Source of the DNA: Hydrolagus colliei | Taxonomy: Eukaryota | Assembly: GCA_035084275.1 (NCBI GenBank) | Contig: CM068756.1 | Location: 8,928,001 to 8,992,000, forward strand | DNA length: 64,000 nt | Direction: 5' to 3' | Part shown: positions 25,401 through 38,892 of the stretch, piece after piece | How positions within the stretch are numbered: the first letter of the stretch is position 1 | Layout: each line of letters opens with the position of its first letter | The notes under the pieces: generated by a model | Seen by the model: only the letters and a program-made list of their open reading frames with translations | What the model was told of the DNA's origin: nothing | The model's database searches: none | Translations under genes and position numbers: made by a program

Positions 25401-27394
25401 ATGAGATGGGTTGTTTAATGTTGAAGAACATACCGGGGAGTGTCAGCTGGGGAAAATTGTGTACACGAACCCGAGATAACGGAAGGCAAGTGGGTTGGGT
25501 GGGGGTGGGGTGAGGCGTGGGGGTAGAGGAAGAGAGAAGAGGAGTAAGTAATCTTACAGTGCTGGAGAATAAAACTAGTTTTATCCAGTATTATAAAGTT
25601 ACCAATTAATTACAAATCGGACAGCTGACTAATACCAGTTACATTTACCAACACTGATGCCTTTTTTAACATGTCGGATTATATAATTGTATTTGCTGCT
25701 TTTTAAAAAATATAATAAGTAAAACTATTTTGATGTCAGGGCATTTGGGTCCAAGTATACAAGCTCTTACAGTGTAATTTGCAGTTCAGTAGGGTTAGAA
25801 ATCGTGTTGTTTACATAAACCAGCAGTTCGTTCAATTGGAAAAATACCCATACTCACTTTTCACTTCTTCTGACATAACTCATGTTGCTCATGGTTACAC
25901 ACGAGTTGCTATTTAACTTTATTAAAGTTTGAGGTGAATGCATGCTCTGTTAGGGAAAGCTAGTTTGGGTTTCCAACTGCATAAGTTTTGGTTAGGGATG
26001 CATTCCTGATGTGTAAGTTATTTGTGGCTGTTACAAGTATGCGATGCTGAGGTCACAGTGATGACAGCCTTGATAAATATTTCTAAATTATAAAGTGTTC
26101 AAATGATGATTCAGGAAAACCAAATGAAATTTTGCGAAGGCTGTTTTTAAAGTGGAATGAGCTGAAAATGTAAATGTCTACTTTGTTTTAAAAGGAAAGA
26201 ATCAGGTGCATGTTGGACCTAATGTTCTGATTGTGGCAAAATAAATTCCTCTTGCAGTAGGAATTGATTGAGTTAGGACAAGTATCCCTAGGGATGTATA
26301 TTAGTGTGACAGAGTAGTAACCGTTGAAAAACCTTTCAATCTCTGCTGCAGGCTTTGTGGCCTCTGGAGAAGTTTAATGATATTCAAAGGTAGAAGGAAT
26401 TGTTGAATGTGTATTGTTATCAGTGCAAGAATGTACCTTTTGGGGCTCTGCAAAACCTGAATTAAAATCTTCATTCTATCATACTCAGGTGAGACTTGTC
26501 CTGAATGTGCTGCATTACTAAATAGGACATTAGTACTCCAAAAATTGGTGCTACGTTTACTGTTTTGGATTTCAAAAATATGTTTATATGATCCAACTTT
26601 TATTTGTGTGGAGCCTTTTACATCAGGAGGGCGTTTCAAAACGCTTTGCACTGCTGGCTAGGCATCTAAACCGGTGGGGTGGGGGGGATGAAAAATGAAC
26701 TACAAGTATGGTCAAAGAGTATTGAGACAGTCTATGAAAACATTGTATTATTAGTATAATTTTCCCAAAAAGATTCATGGCAGATTTTGTATAGCGTTGA
26801 GTTCCTTTGCAGATTATCCAGCTAAGCTGTGTTTGAGTTTAATAATGCACAGAGGGCGTTTTCCTTTTAGGGTCATTGTGTAAGTTACTACATAACTGAA
26901 GCGCTTAAGCTATTCGATCATTAGCTAATATCAGTAAGGAAAACATGTTGACGACTACACTTTAAATAAGAACAGATGATTTGGTTAGAGAAAAAAATGA
27001 GTGCAGATGGTGATGAAAGGTGTAGAATTAATTGCCACAGAGTTTTCTTGTGTATTTATTTTGCATACGTTATATTTTTTTTAAAGTTTTTTATCCTTAT
27101 AATTAAGTATAATCGGTTAAATCCTTCGTTGATAAGTTACATTAAGGATGCAGACATAGCAAATAAGTATTGGAAGTCATCTCCAAGCTTTCTTAGAGAG
27201 GATTTCAATGTGTTTCTCGTTGCTCATCGAGGCCAGAGTATTGCACTGGGAGACAGAACTTTTCCCATTTTGTCATCTGATGTCAGCTTGACTGCTCTCA
27301 AAAGAGTAAAACACTACAAGTTTGATTTAGAGGCTTACTGCCTCACAAGTGCCCCTGAAAATGTGATTGAAGGTCATTGTATTAGTCTGTTTAA

Positions 27395-27546
27395 TGATTG
27401 TTTGTGGGACACTGTTGTGCGTAATTGGCTGCCATGTTTCACCCACAAATTTACAGTCAATTCACTTTACAAGCATACCCTGTGAAGCGCTTTGAGACCT
27501 TTAGAACACGTGAAAAGCACTATATCAAATGCAAGGATTATTATTG
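27395..27546 (+). mobile_element. 5'-truncated SINE (body and tail)
   Basis: tgtgggacactgttgtgcgtaattggctgcc...tatatcaaatgcaaggattattatt. Similar tails at ~7860-7960, 31084-31205, 42935-43040 and 53645-53745 (+) and ~9275-9360, 34310-34425, 43965-44115 and 55540-55675 (-). Confidence 0.85.
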
Positions 27547-30500
27547 TTGGCCAATTTGGTGCACTGGAGTCAAATCTACTTGGAAGTTAAGGACCAAAAC
27601 TAGTTTCACAATGGAGCCTTACAGCTATTGGAGAGAATGAACATTCATCTCATCAGCCTGGACTGGATGCAATAATAATAATAAACCCAGGTTCTAGATA
27701 TATTTAGATATTGCTTAACCTGAAGGTTAAAACACAGTTGTTAAACTGATACATTTTTAAATTGATAAGATCGTACAAACCAAATACAGTAATTAACATT
27801 ACTATTATTATTGTAATGTTTGCATTTATTTTAAACAAGTACATTTTCAAAATTTTGTAACAAACATACTCAGAATACCTGAAGAATGATGAAATGACTG
27901 GCAAATAGAAATATCACTGATTTATTCCAGAATGCTGTGAAAGAAGGTGCAAAGGATCTACAGTATTATTATTTTGCGCAGTTTCAAATTTTTTTTCATC
28001 TGCACCCTGACCATTTGTGTGAGACCGTGAACTGAAGTACAGTTCTCTCCATTTTTATAACATTTTAATACTTAAAAGTGAAGATTTAAGTCAGATAACT
28101 GCATTCTAAGCCCCAGGGAACAAATAAGACAGACTGTGTGAGGCTGGTTTATGATCTCAGGGTCTGAAGTTAAAAGGGGTTTAAGTGAGTCACTAGAGGG
28201 CACTGGAACATCACTGTACAGGGCACGGGCTGCCGTCCTGCCTTTCACACTTTTCAGCTGATTGAGTCTTGGATGTCAGGGATTTTGTTTTATTAGGGAG
28301 AGTGGAGTGTAATATATTCATCTCCATCCAAGACTGCCATTAAGCGCCCCAGAACATGCCCTTCTCACAGCTATGCCCTGTTAACTCTGCTGATTTGGTG
28401 TAATAATTAGCCAAATTCAACACGAACAGTGGTAGTAACCGACACCTAAACTTTCCCATTGTTTTGAGTACGTGACAGAGTAGAAGTTCTGTGAAATAAC
28501 TTAAGCAGGTCGGAACCCGTGCCCTATGACCGCAGGACTATTTTCTGCATCATTGTTTTGAAGGGGAATATATTAACTTCTTTTTACATCGGTGCTCTGA
28601 TTGCATTGCCTCAGTCTGCACGGACAGCAGTTGACATTCAAAGACAGTACCGTGTTAATTTTTCATCGTTGACAGTGCTTTGAAAGGTAAAGTTTAACTT
28701 GTAGAATAACATTCTTTTTTCCTTTACTTGTTTTTCAATCGTGTCCACCACTATGGAACGCACTGAGTAACTGCCAGATGACATTATCGATGCAGTATTT
28801 CCTCGCCCTCTTAGGCTATACCTTGTCAAGCAGGCACTGCTTACAGTTAGCACAATAAATCCTGCAATTTGGACTTTAAAGGATGAAATAATTCTGCCTT
28901 TTCTCTTCATTCTATGCTGATCTCTTCCATTTACATTCTCCAATTTATCTCAAAGGTTCTCCATCAGTCCTGCTCATATGCACTTAATTTTGGAAGATTA
29001 ATAATTTCTACTGTGTCACATACTTAAAGTAACTGATTTGTTCTGTGGTTCTTTGCTTCTGAGCAAAGTCGCTTGAGTGTGTTGAGGGTTTATTTCTCTA
29101 TGTGGCGCTATCATTAGTAAAAAAGACACTGCAGAATCATTTAGATTGGGTTAAAAAGTTATAACAACATCAATAGGCCTTATTATACAATATAACTTGA
29201 AAAGACCATATGAATCTACAGCTGGGGCTTCTAGCCACTGTAGAGGAGCTGAAAAATAATGCACTACACTGATCCTTACTTCAGCTGGCAAACTGGGCAC
29301 AGCCTATTGCTCTTAAGGCCCGTAGATCTGTCCTTGACACTGCCTCTGGGACTGTCATGTCCCGTTGGAGCGTGTTTCCAAATGTTATTTGATGCAGTTT
29401 GTGCTGAAGTATTTTGCTATGGATTATTTGTTTTCACTTGGAGTCAAAATCCAGTCTTGAGAATCACAAATTACTCTCGGTGACTAGAAGCAGAAAATGG
29501 CTCATGATATTTAAATCTTTTTATATGCTTTAACAGCATTAACGTTTCGATCTGTTTAAAACATTCTCTTGTTTGTGGGCTGACTTTGATGTTGGTAAAT
29601 TACTTTGCCATGGTCTACTGTAATTGCTTTCCTTCTAGGGCTGCATTCTTTAACCTGTTACTGGCAATCTCAAACACGTTTCTAAAATTGACAAGCATTT
29701 GTTCTTGAAAACACAAAGATAATGCAGTGAGTTTCTTTTGTATTTGACAATGGACAACAACGTTGCCCTTTGCCAAAATGCAGCGCTGATACATTAATGA
29801 TATTCATAATAATAATCATTACATTTGATACAGAGCCTTTCAAGTCTCAAAACTGTTTCACAGAATTTACCATAAAGTGGTGTTGACTAAATCTTTGTGG
29901 ATGATACTGGAGTTAAGTCCCATTAATTTCTATATGACATAAAAGCAATTGAGAATGAAGTGTCATTTAAAATTCCAAATAAGCATAGGCTTGTCTTATA
30001 CATGTGTTACAAACGCAGAGCAGAGAAGTTTCCAAACACAATCCTCTTTCAAGTATGGATCATAGAATTAAGATGCATTTTTAAGAATTTGTTAAAAAGA
30101 AGCATTAAGCTATCTTTGATTGATGAAATGATTGATTTCACATGGAAAGGTGCTATGTAAATGCAATTTAGTAATACTGTAATAATAGCAATCCTTGTTT
30201 TTGACACAGCATGTCGTTGAGACATCTCAAAGTGCTTCACAGAATATACTGAACTGTAAAGTGGGAAAGAAAATGATTTGTTATTCACAAATAATCAATT
30301 TATTATTAATACTGTAATTTGAGAATTATTGAAATTTACACCTCTGTTTTGCGTACTTTCCTTTTTATATGAAAAATGAGAGATGGGCTTGGTGTTTTGT
30401 GGCTACTTATTTTTATTATTTTTCCAGCATTTACAGAAAGCACAGGACTTTTGTTAGCAAAAGCACAGCACCTGTAAAAGGACGATGCACAGAAATGTAG

Positions 30501-32426
30501 GAAACTTGAAATGCATTACTCTACCGCAATCTTTAGAGTGATGCCATGGCTTCATTGATAGGGTTTGTTAGGGTGGGGCTCAGGGGCATACTACCAGCAA
30601 AAAGAGGTCATAAAAATTATCTATCATTTTAACTTCCTATTATCGTTACTTAAAGTGTTAAATCATGTGTGACAAATCAAATGCTGAACTGGGCCAGAAG
30701 ATTGCTGGTCCTGTTTCATTAACCTGCAAGGCAAATGAACAATGTTCCTTTAGGTTAAAACAACAATTAGCAGATCTTTAGCACACCGAGGCATGCCTCA
30801 AAGTCGGAACATTGGAAGTAGAAGCGTTTCTCATACATAACTAAGTTCTGTTTTTAAATGTAAATGAACTTGTATCCCATTTGTGGTGGTTAAACATGCT
30901 TCACATATGCATGACAGGTCTGTGTGTGGGAACCAGAAACTGAAGCATTTGATTAATGGGAAGGGGCAAAGGCAGTTTGACTTGGAACACAGAACCTATT
31001 TAGCAGCTTTGCAGGAAGGAATATAAAGTGTTGTTTTCTTAGATAACTGTTTATCTGTTATTTATTTATCTATTTATTTATTGCAATTGGCTGCTGTCGT
31101 TCACCTTAGTTAATTCACTTTACAGTGTGTTTTGTGAAACGCTTTGAGACGTCTAGAAGACGTGAAAAGCACTATATCAAATGTAAGGATTATTATTATT
31201 ATTATTGAGGGCTAGAGGCGCAACCACTATGACCCATCAGAATGTCTGTGAGCCAGGATGTCTCTGTAACTTGTAATCCTAAATGTTGAGGCTTTAAAAA
31301 TGTGCGCTGACTGAGGCAATATGGACAGATTTGTTCAGTTTAAGGTCCGTTAAAAGCATTTCAGAGATTTGCTTTGATTCTCATAACATATACTCAATAC
31401 CAGATTTATTTAAAATGTGCATTGATTTTATGGGATGCGATTAAGATTTTTTGGGGGGATATAGTTCCTGGAACTGTTCATTCCCAAAGTTCTGTGATGA
31501 AATCTCCGTGTTGTGAGCCTCTGGGGGAAACTTCCTATTCCAGCTGCTGCCATTTATTGCAGCATGCAGGATTATTTTGTGATGCAGCATTGTATAATAT
31601 AGTAGTTTTGTGTTCAAGTTCAAATATAATAATAATCCATGCATTTAATATAGAGCCTTTACTACATCTTTGTGGCATCTCAAAGATTCACAGAATACAC
31701 TGTAAAGAGAATGGACATGCTTAAGAAAACGTACCAAACCAAACTAAGAATTCCATGCATCCCACCTGTACATGGAAACGCCAGAGATAGATTGTTCTCT
31801 TCTACATCTTGCTTTCAACATTTACAATTGTTTTGTCACAATGCAAAAGTGAGTTGAATAATTGTACTTTGGCAAATCAAGATCCACATAGGATTACATC
31901 TACTGATGTTAATCCAACTGTGGTGGGAGGAATTGTGGATGGGTGTATTGTCATGATATTGTAAGATGTTATTCCTACTCACTGTGAGGTAAACAGAGAT
32001 ATGTGGAGTCAGGAAACATGCCTAAAGTTTCATCCTGAATCAAGGTTCTCTAACTTGAGAGGCATATGGTCTAACCACTGAGCTACAGGACTCACATATT
32101 GGAGATATGGACAATTAGACACAGGTTTTTTCAAGAAAAGTATTCAATTGTTAGAATTATGCATCATTATGATGAAGTTGAGGGTGAGGAACTTGAGGTG
32201 AGATTTTGTGGTATAATTCTCGGAACATGATGGTCTTCCTACTGCGCGTAATGGATACCAGGGAGCAAATTGTCACCATCCTTAACATCAAGTCGCTCGT
32301 CTTTAGATGTCAGTGGAAATCAAAAGTTGATGGAGGGGGCCTGATTCCCCGGGGGCAGGACAATGAGGAAGGGTGGAGAACATTTGCAATCTGAAGAACA
32401 TCCAAGGCTCCCGAATTGATAAACTA

Positions 32427-32725
32427 ATAATAATACTGTACTTGCATTTGATATAGCAAAGTGCTATATCAAAGCACTTCCCAAAATATGCTGTAAAGTG
32501 AATTGACTCTATTTGTATATTTGTGGGCAAAACGCTGCAGGCAATTGCGCACAGCAGTGTCCCACAAACAGTGGTGGATTGAAGTGACCAATTTGTTATT
32601 GTTTTTTTCCAAAGGATTATTATCAGGCGTGTGGAGTGAGGAAACTTGGCCAAGGTTTCGTCCTGCCGGGAATCAAACCCAGGTCTCTTGCTTGCGAGAG
32701 CTCTAACCACTGAGCTGCAGGACTC
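32427..32725 (-). mobile_element. Full-length tRNA-derived SINE
   Basis: Minus strand reads GAGTCCTGCAGCTCAGTGGTTAGAGC...GGTTTGATTCCCGGCAGGACG (box A and box B), then the family body and tail. Confidence 0.9.
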
Positions 32726-35700
32726 TGCAGTGACTACGCTTTACAATACATCTGAGATTTGAGAAATCTGAACGACATGAAATGTGCTATGTCAAATGCA
32801 ATGATTATTAAATTGGCTGCCGCATTTACCTGCAAAATACAGTCATTACACTCTACAGAATGTCCTGTGAGATGTGCTTTGGCACATCCTCTTGACGTGA
32901 AATGCTCTATGTCAAATGTAGGGGGTTATTATTGGATATGAATTGTTAAATTATTCTAATAATTTATATCATAATTTATCTAATTAAAATAGAAGTTAAT
33001 AGCACCCAGGAGTTGTTTCTTAATCCCATTATAGGCTATGGCTGGTATTTTATTGTATTTCTGAACTGTGCTGTTATATTCAGTCTTCTTTGGGCCATAT
33101 TTCTTTTGCATGAAAACCTAATATATATTGGTCTCTAATGCTGTGAACTGTTACTCATTTACTCTGTTGCCCATCTGGTGTAGCTTGGCTTTGCGTTTTT
33201 TTTGTGGAATTTGCGAGTAGCTTGATGTATTTGACATCTGCATGACAGCTTCCTTGGATGTGAGAGGTGCAGTGTGCTGGAGTAGTCCAGCTGTGTGTAT
33301 TTGTGTCTGCATCAAGATGAGGAGCAGCACTTAGCCATAACTGACAATCAAATATGAACAAGGACTCACTCGAGAGTGCATTTTTATGTTGTGTGCTTTG
33401 GTGTGCGTTCAGTATTTGACATAGGCAGGGATGTGTGTCATATTTTCTAGCCTTTAGAACACCCGCACTATTTTCATGCTCATTGATTAAACAATATAAT
33501 AAAAAAGTGGACCATGCAATATCTTGTCTTTTTAAATCTTTGTATGGATATGACGTTTACTGCAGTGTTGTCCATTCCCAATGAAACCTTCATTATTAAG
33601 GGTTAGATTGAATAAGACAGAAAGAAGGAAGCCAAAGTTGGTATTCAACTGTGAGAAGAGACGATTCAGCTGTGTTCTACAGCACACCGGACCCTAGAAC
33701 AATATGATGCATTTTGTGGTTTCAGTTTCTACAAATACTGATTTACTGAACTAGTAGCAGTGGCCTCAATAGGACAAGATGTTGAGCAGAGAACAAGTGC
33801 TTCACGTCTGGAATAGGGAAGGAATAAACGAAGGCATTTCAAGCAATCAGCTCAAGAGACAAGAACAGAAACATGGGGAAAAGTACAATCAGGCAAGGAG
33901 TGGTACATGAAGACCTAAATGGAGAAGGGGTTTTGAAAAATTATCACTGAAAGTTTATCAGCCTTTTAGAAATGGGTTTTGATTACACTAATTCATAGGA
34001 AGAGATTTCACAGGATTGGTTGGGCTAGGTGAGTCGGGCAAGTTTATGCTTTTGTGTTGAGAGGTGATGATGTTCGTGATAGAGCAGTAACTGAATGCTG
34101 TTGATCCTAAAAATTTGGTGTAATTGGTAACTTGTTACAGGTGGCTATCTTTTCTTCTCATTGATTCTGAATGAGAAGAGATCAGTTCCCTCGAGTCTGT
34201 GCTTCAAACAACATTGTACAGTAGTACACATTTGTGAGACATTAAGCTTTCGTACAGCAGTTGATGTGATACTTTGATCTTTGAAGTTTGGAATCCGTTA
34301 CCAGGAATGAATAATTATAATTATTATATTTGATACATCGCCATTCACATCGGTAGGATGTCTCAAAGCCCTTTGCAGGTTTTAATATAAACTGAAGTGA
34401 CTGTGTATTTTGTAGGCAAACAAATCAGAATGAATAAGTAATGGAAAAAGTCTTGAATGATGTCACAGCAGAAATTTTATACACCATCTTGTAATTTGTG
34501 TAAACATTCGTGAGTTAATTGGAACGTAAATTATATGTTTCATCTCGATTTCAAAGACTGAAGGTGAATGGTTAGGGTTGTAAACATGTTCTGTGACAAG
34601 TCAGATACTTGTATCAGTGTAGAACTTGTTAACCTAGATATTTATTCTGTTCCAGTAACTTTTTATTAATAGATAGAAAGATGCACAAAATTAGACGCTA
34701 GGGAGGAAAAATTGCTGTTTTCAATGGCAACACTGCTACAGATATCGTGATGGCTAATATGAACCTGATTGTCTGTGTTTAGTTGTAAGCACATAAGAAA
34801 TAAAGGTTTCCACTTGAAGAGTGAATGCAATAAATAAGATCATGTAAATGCCACTGTTTTGCTGATCACTTATTTGGGTCAGTCTTTTCAGAAAGATGGG
34901 CCAGAGGAAAGTTCTGCATAATCCTAATTGCTTTTCTCTTGACTGTCTGATGCACTAATGTCAGAGTTCTCAAAATTGCTGCAAATGTTCCAAGCGTAGC
35001 CTCGCGACTGATCTCTGCAAATTTTGTAAAGACAGCGTGAGTGGCTTAGCCTTTGGGCGTGAATCAAAATGCACCAATTGTGACACTGAGATCAGGAAGG
35101 TACTTGTTTTGAGATAGCGAATCCTCGGCAAGTGTAGCAGATATGAGAGCAGTGGCCCACTTTTGTGAAACCTGCATATGCGAATTGCTTGGAATGTACT
35201 ATAACAAGAATGTTCTTTGAAATGACAGCCAAGCTGAATTTTATAAGGATAATAAAGTGCCATATACTGTATTTATATGGCTTTACTTTAAAGTAATAGT
35301 GGAATGTAACATAGTTGGATTTTGTCAGACATTGGAAAATAGTGTAAGCGACGTATATTTTAACTTGCATACTTGACTACTGTACTTAAAGTTTGTATTT
35401 CAAATATGTGAGTCCAAGATTGACAACATCTTTATCACATTGTCCTTGACATAAAACGGTCTCACACATTGCCATTTTGGTGAAGAAGCAGTTTGATGAG
35501 GGGTTAAAATGTCAGCAAAAGAGGAGTCAGTAAAGAATATGATGTTTTCATTATATTGCTTTTGTACAAAAATGCAGGGATAAGATCTAGAAGAGCAAAA
35601 CACTGATTTGTAATCTTTGATTGAGTTGCTTTTGATGGTAATCTGCACCATCACTGCTGCTCAGAAAAATATTCTATGTAATGGCAGTTCGATAACCAGA

Positions 35701-36172
35701 CATTTGTGCATCAGAAATTTAAAAAAAGATACAGTGCAAATTGCACTGCGATGGGGTAATTGTATCATAGCCTTCACTACCGAGGATTTGCCTGTGCAGG
35801 TGCAGTCAAGTGATGTCAACACCGGCCCGATAGGCTGGATATTGATCATGTTTTAGTGTTAGGGAAGTCTACCCAGCATTTTTGAAGTGACCGAGGAGGT
35901 TTCTGCACAAAGTTTAGATTTTTGGACCAGACGGTAAATATCTGGTTCACAGCCGAATCATGCTATCAGCCAAATAGTGACAACAGAAAGCCCATTATAA
36001 CAGGGGTTCTGCTGTATTATGATAATGTGGGAACAACTTCACTGAAGATCATTTTGGGAAATGTGGCTTCACTATCGACCGGAAAAAGTTGTGAGCTGTC
36101 AAATATGTTCTGACTTTGTGCTCTGTTTTCAAGTTTTTTTTTAAAAAACCCTGCTTTGTTCTTATTTAACAG

Positions 36173-36250
36173 AAGCAGAGGCTGCTGAAAGAAATTCAGG
36201 ACCGAAAGCTTCCGTATCTAACACCCAAAGATGTGCAGTTTGAAGAGCTG
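36173..36250 (+). CDS. FTO: FTO exon 2 (78 nt)
   Basis: [26 protein letters not shown] versus human [26 protein letters not shown]; acceptor ttaacag|, donor CTG|GTATAC. Confidence 0.95.
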
Positions 36251-38151
36251 GTATACATTTTGTTTTACATACTAATGGGTTCTGAAAACCATAAAGGACA
36301 TTTAATTATTGCGAATAATTTCAGCTATATTGAGCAGCCGGATTCAGGCAGGAGACAAGTCGGCATCAAAAACCATTTCATTTTTTTAATTAAAGCACAT
36401 TTAATATGGCTGTGAATGGGAATATGTAATGCATCAATATAGAATTTGTGGGTTCCGGTAGAGTTTTTACAACACATCCATCAATATGACAAGGTTATAG
36501 CCTTATATCACAGGTGGTAAATCGCCTGCCTCAGAACCACTTGCTGTGTGTTCAGCATCCAGATTACAAGTCAGTTGCGTGAAGTGCTTTGAGACGTCCT
36601 CCCGACGTGAAATTTGCAATGTAAATGGATGTTGTCTGACACTATTTGAAAAGAGAAGTGAGTTTCTCTTGGTGATCTAACCAATAGTCCCCCAGATAGT
36701 ATTTCGCAATCAATCCATAGCTGTTTGTGGACAACAGTGTACACAAATTGGCCACTACGTTTGTCTACAAAACACTAAGTCACTATACTTTGCTGTGAAT
36801 CTCATGAAGTGCTTTGAGACCTCCACTTGACGGGAAAGGTGCTATATCAAATGCATGGATGAGTATTGTTACTGTCAGAAGAAGACAATGAGGAGCTGCC
36901 TCATAGGGAAGGAAAGAACATTGAAAGTCAAGCATGTTGGCATGTTTTGAAACTGAGCAGCTTCTAATGAACTGGCCTAAAAGTCAGTTGTCTGCTCACC
37001 TTGCCAACCAGAAAATATTGCGTGATGTTCAGAGTAAATAATTAACCTATGGTGGGAAAGGAAAGATGAGGAAATACATAGAATATACATTTTGCGTATA
37101 ATTGTTTTCTTCACATGTGATTTGTGGTGCCTTGCAAAATTTTGTATTGCACATATTGTTTTTTTTGCAGATTTATCATTTCAACATATTACGTCAATTT
37201 CATTTAGATAAAAGTAGGTTACCTGAGTTGAGGCTTGTTTGTAATACGCTCATCAAAATGCAGCCAGCTGTGCTTTTCAAGGCACCTGCCAGGCCTTGCC
37301 TTTCACTTGCTTTCCTTGAAGCTCTGTGGTTTTTTGAAACTGTAGCTAATCACTGCAGTGTGGACTTGGGTAATGAAAGTGACACTAAGACCTGCATGAT
37401 ACCTAGTCTCGAGGGCCTACAAAAAAAACTGGTCTGTATTTGGACAGCATTTACCACACGTGAGCGATAATATTAAAGCTTGTATTTGGGGCTCTTCCAA
37501 TCATTCAGGTAGTTTATCCAGTGAGTCACTGGAACACACAGAATAGGAATGCCCGGTCTGCTATAAGTTGTTTGGGATGCTGCCATTGTTCTCATTAAAG
37601 TGCTCCAGGAAGCTGCCTTGTGTGAAGGGCACTATATAAATGCATGTTGTTGTTGACCTCAAGGTTCCAGGCTAGGGGAAGATTCCTTTTGGTGCCCACC
37701 CTTGAACACTGTTACAGTACTTCCTTGCAGGATGACCCAATAGCCTGCCAACTACTACTATTGAGGCCCGTACATGAATAACAGCCACTACCATGAGGTT
37801 GCTAAGTGTAGAATAACAACAACTTGCACTTTTATGCAGGATAATATCTTGGAGTGACCCGGGCACTTAAATACTATGCAGAAGATTATTTGAAAGTGAC
37901 AAATTAACCACATATTTGTGTAATAACATTAGAATAGTAAGTGCTATGAAAATCTGCCTTTTACAAATGAGTATTCAGTCATTTGTGTGTTCTGTCATCT
38001 CGGCTCCCGGTGGCATAATTGGTTATTCACTGATCCTCATTGTCATTGCTTGGATTTTTGTCAATTTGTGTAAGATATTAAACCTTCATTTTCAGATTGA
38101 TCAATTTTGTAAGAAAAAACTGAGCAATTATTAGATTGTATATACTGTACA

Positions 38152-38153
38152 TA

Positions 38154-38203
<50 letters not shown>
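38152..38203. repeat. Compound microsatellite (TC)n(TA)n(CA)n
   Basis: Directly visible; ends about 37 nt upstream of the FTO exon 3 acceptor. Confidence 0.95.
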
Positions 38204-38240
38204 GTAGTGTTGAATTATAACTCCTTTTTGATCTCTTCAG

Positions 38241-38892
38241 TCAAAGGCCAAATATTCCAAGTTAAACCTAAAACCAGCAAATTGTGTACCTCAGGAAGTT
38301 CATCAAAAAGTCCAACAGGGATTGATAACTCTGCGAGACTGTAGATGCTTTGCACAAGATCTTGTTCAAATAAAGGGCAAAGATGTACTTACTCCTGTGT
38401 CCAGAATACTGATAGGAGACCCAGGTTGTACATATCGCTACCTGGATACGCGACTGTTTGCAGTCCCTTGGTCATCGGATGGAGTGAAGGTCAAGTACAG
38501 TCGTGATGAAATTGGTAAAGCCTGCCAAGCTGTTAAAGATCTGAATGAATATTTGCATGAGGAAACGATGAAGCTTTTGCTGGATTGCTGTTCAACTCGG
38601 GTTAAAGAGCAAGGATCTGTGGAGAAGGCCACACCAAGCAAACCAGAGCATTTATACGAATGTGATCCCTCTGCAAGTGTGATAGATGAAACTCATGACA
38701 ACAATCAAGGTACCACATTGCAAGACAGGGCATCTTTTAACGTGGTCTTGTTGAACTATATGGATCCTTCAAACATGGTATACCTAAAAGAGGAGCCTTA
38801 CTTTGGAATGGGGAAGATGGCCGTGAGTTGGCATCATGATGAGAATCTGATGGCAAGGTCAACAGTTGCTGTGTACAGCTACAGCTGTGATG
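38241..38892 (+). CDS. FTO: FTO exon 3 (652 nt), N-terminal part of the AlkB-like Fe(II)/2-oxoglutarate dioxygenase domain
   Basis: Contains TPVSRILIGDPGCTYRYLDTRLFAVPW, LLNYMDP and YLKEEPYFGMGKMAVSWHHDENL (iron-binding H-x-D at 38832-38840); acceptor ctcttcag|, phase-1 donor G|GTACGT. Confidence 0.98.

Noticed and set aside
26976-27485. 169-aa ORF, the longest non-FTO ORF in the track
   Set aside because: No recognisable domain, and its 3' end runs through a SINE (LWDTVVRNWLP recurs in other SINE-derived ORFs such as 2587-2772); a chance intronic ORF.
8873-36172. Orthologue of the human rs1421085 ARID5B-site region in the 27.3-kb intron 1
   Set aside because: Only short generic TGATTAA-type matches were seen; orthology cannot be claimed without an alignment.
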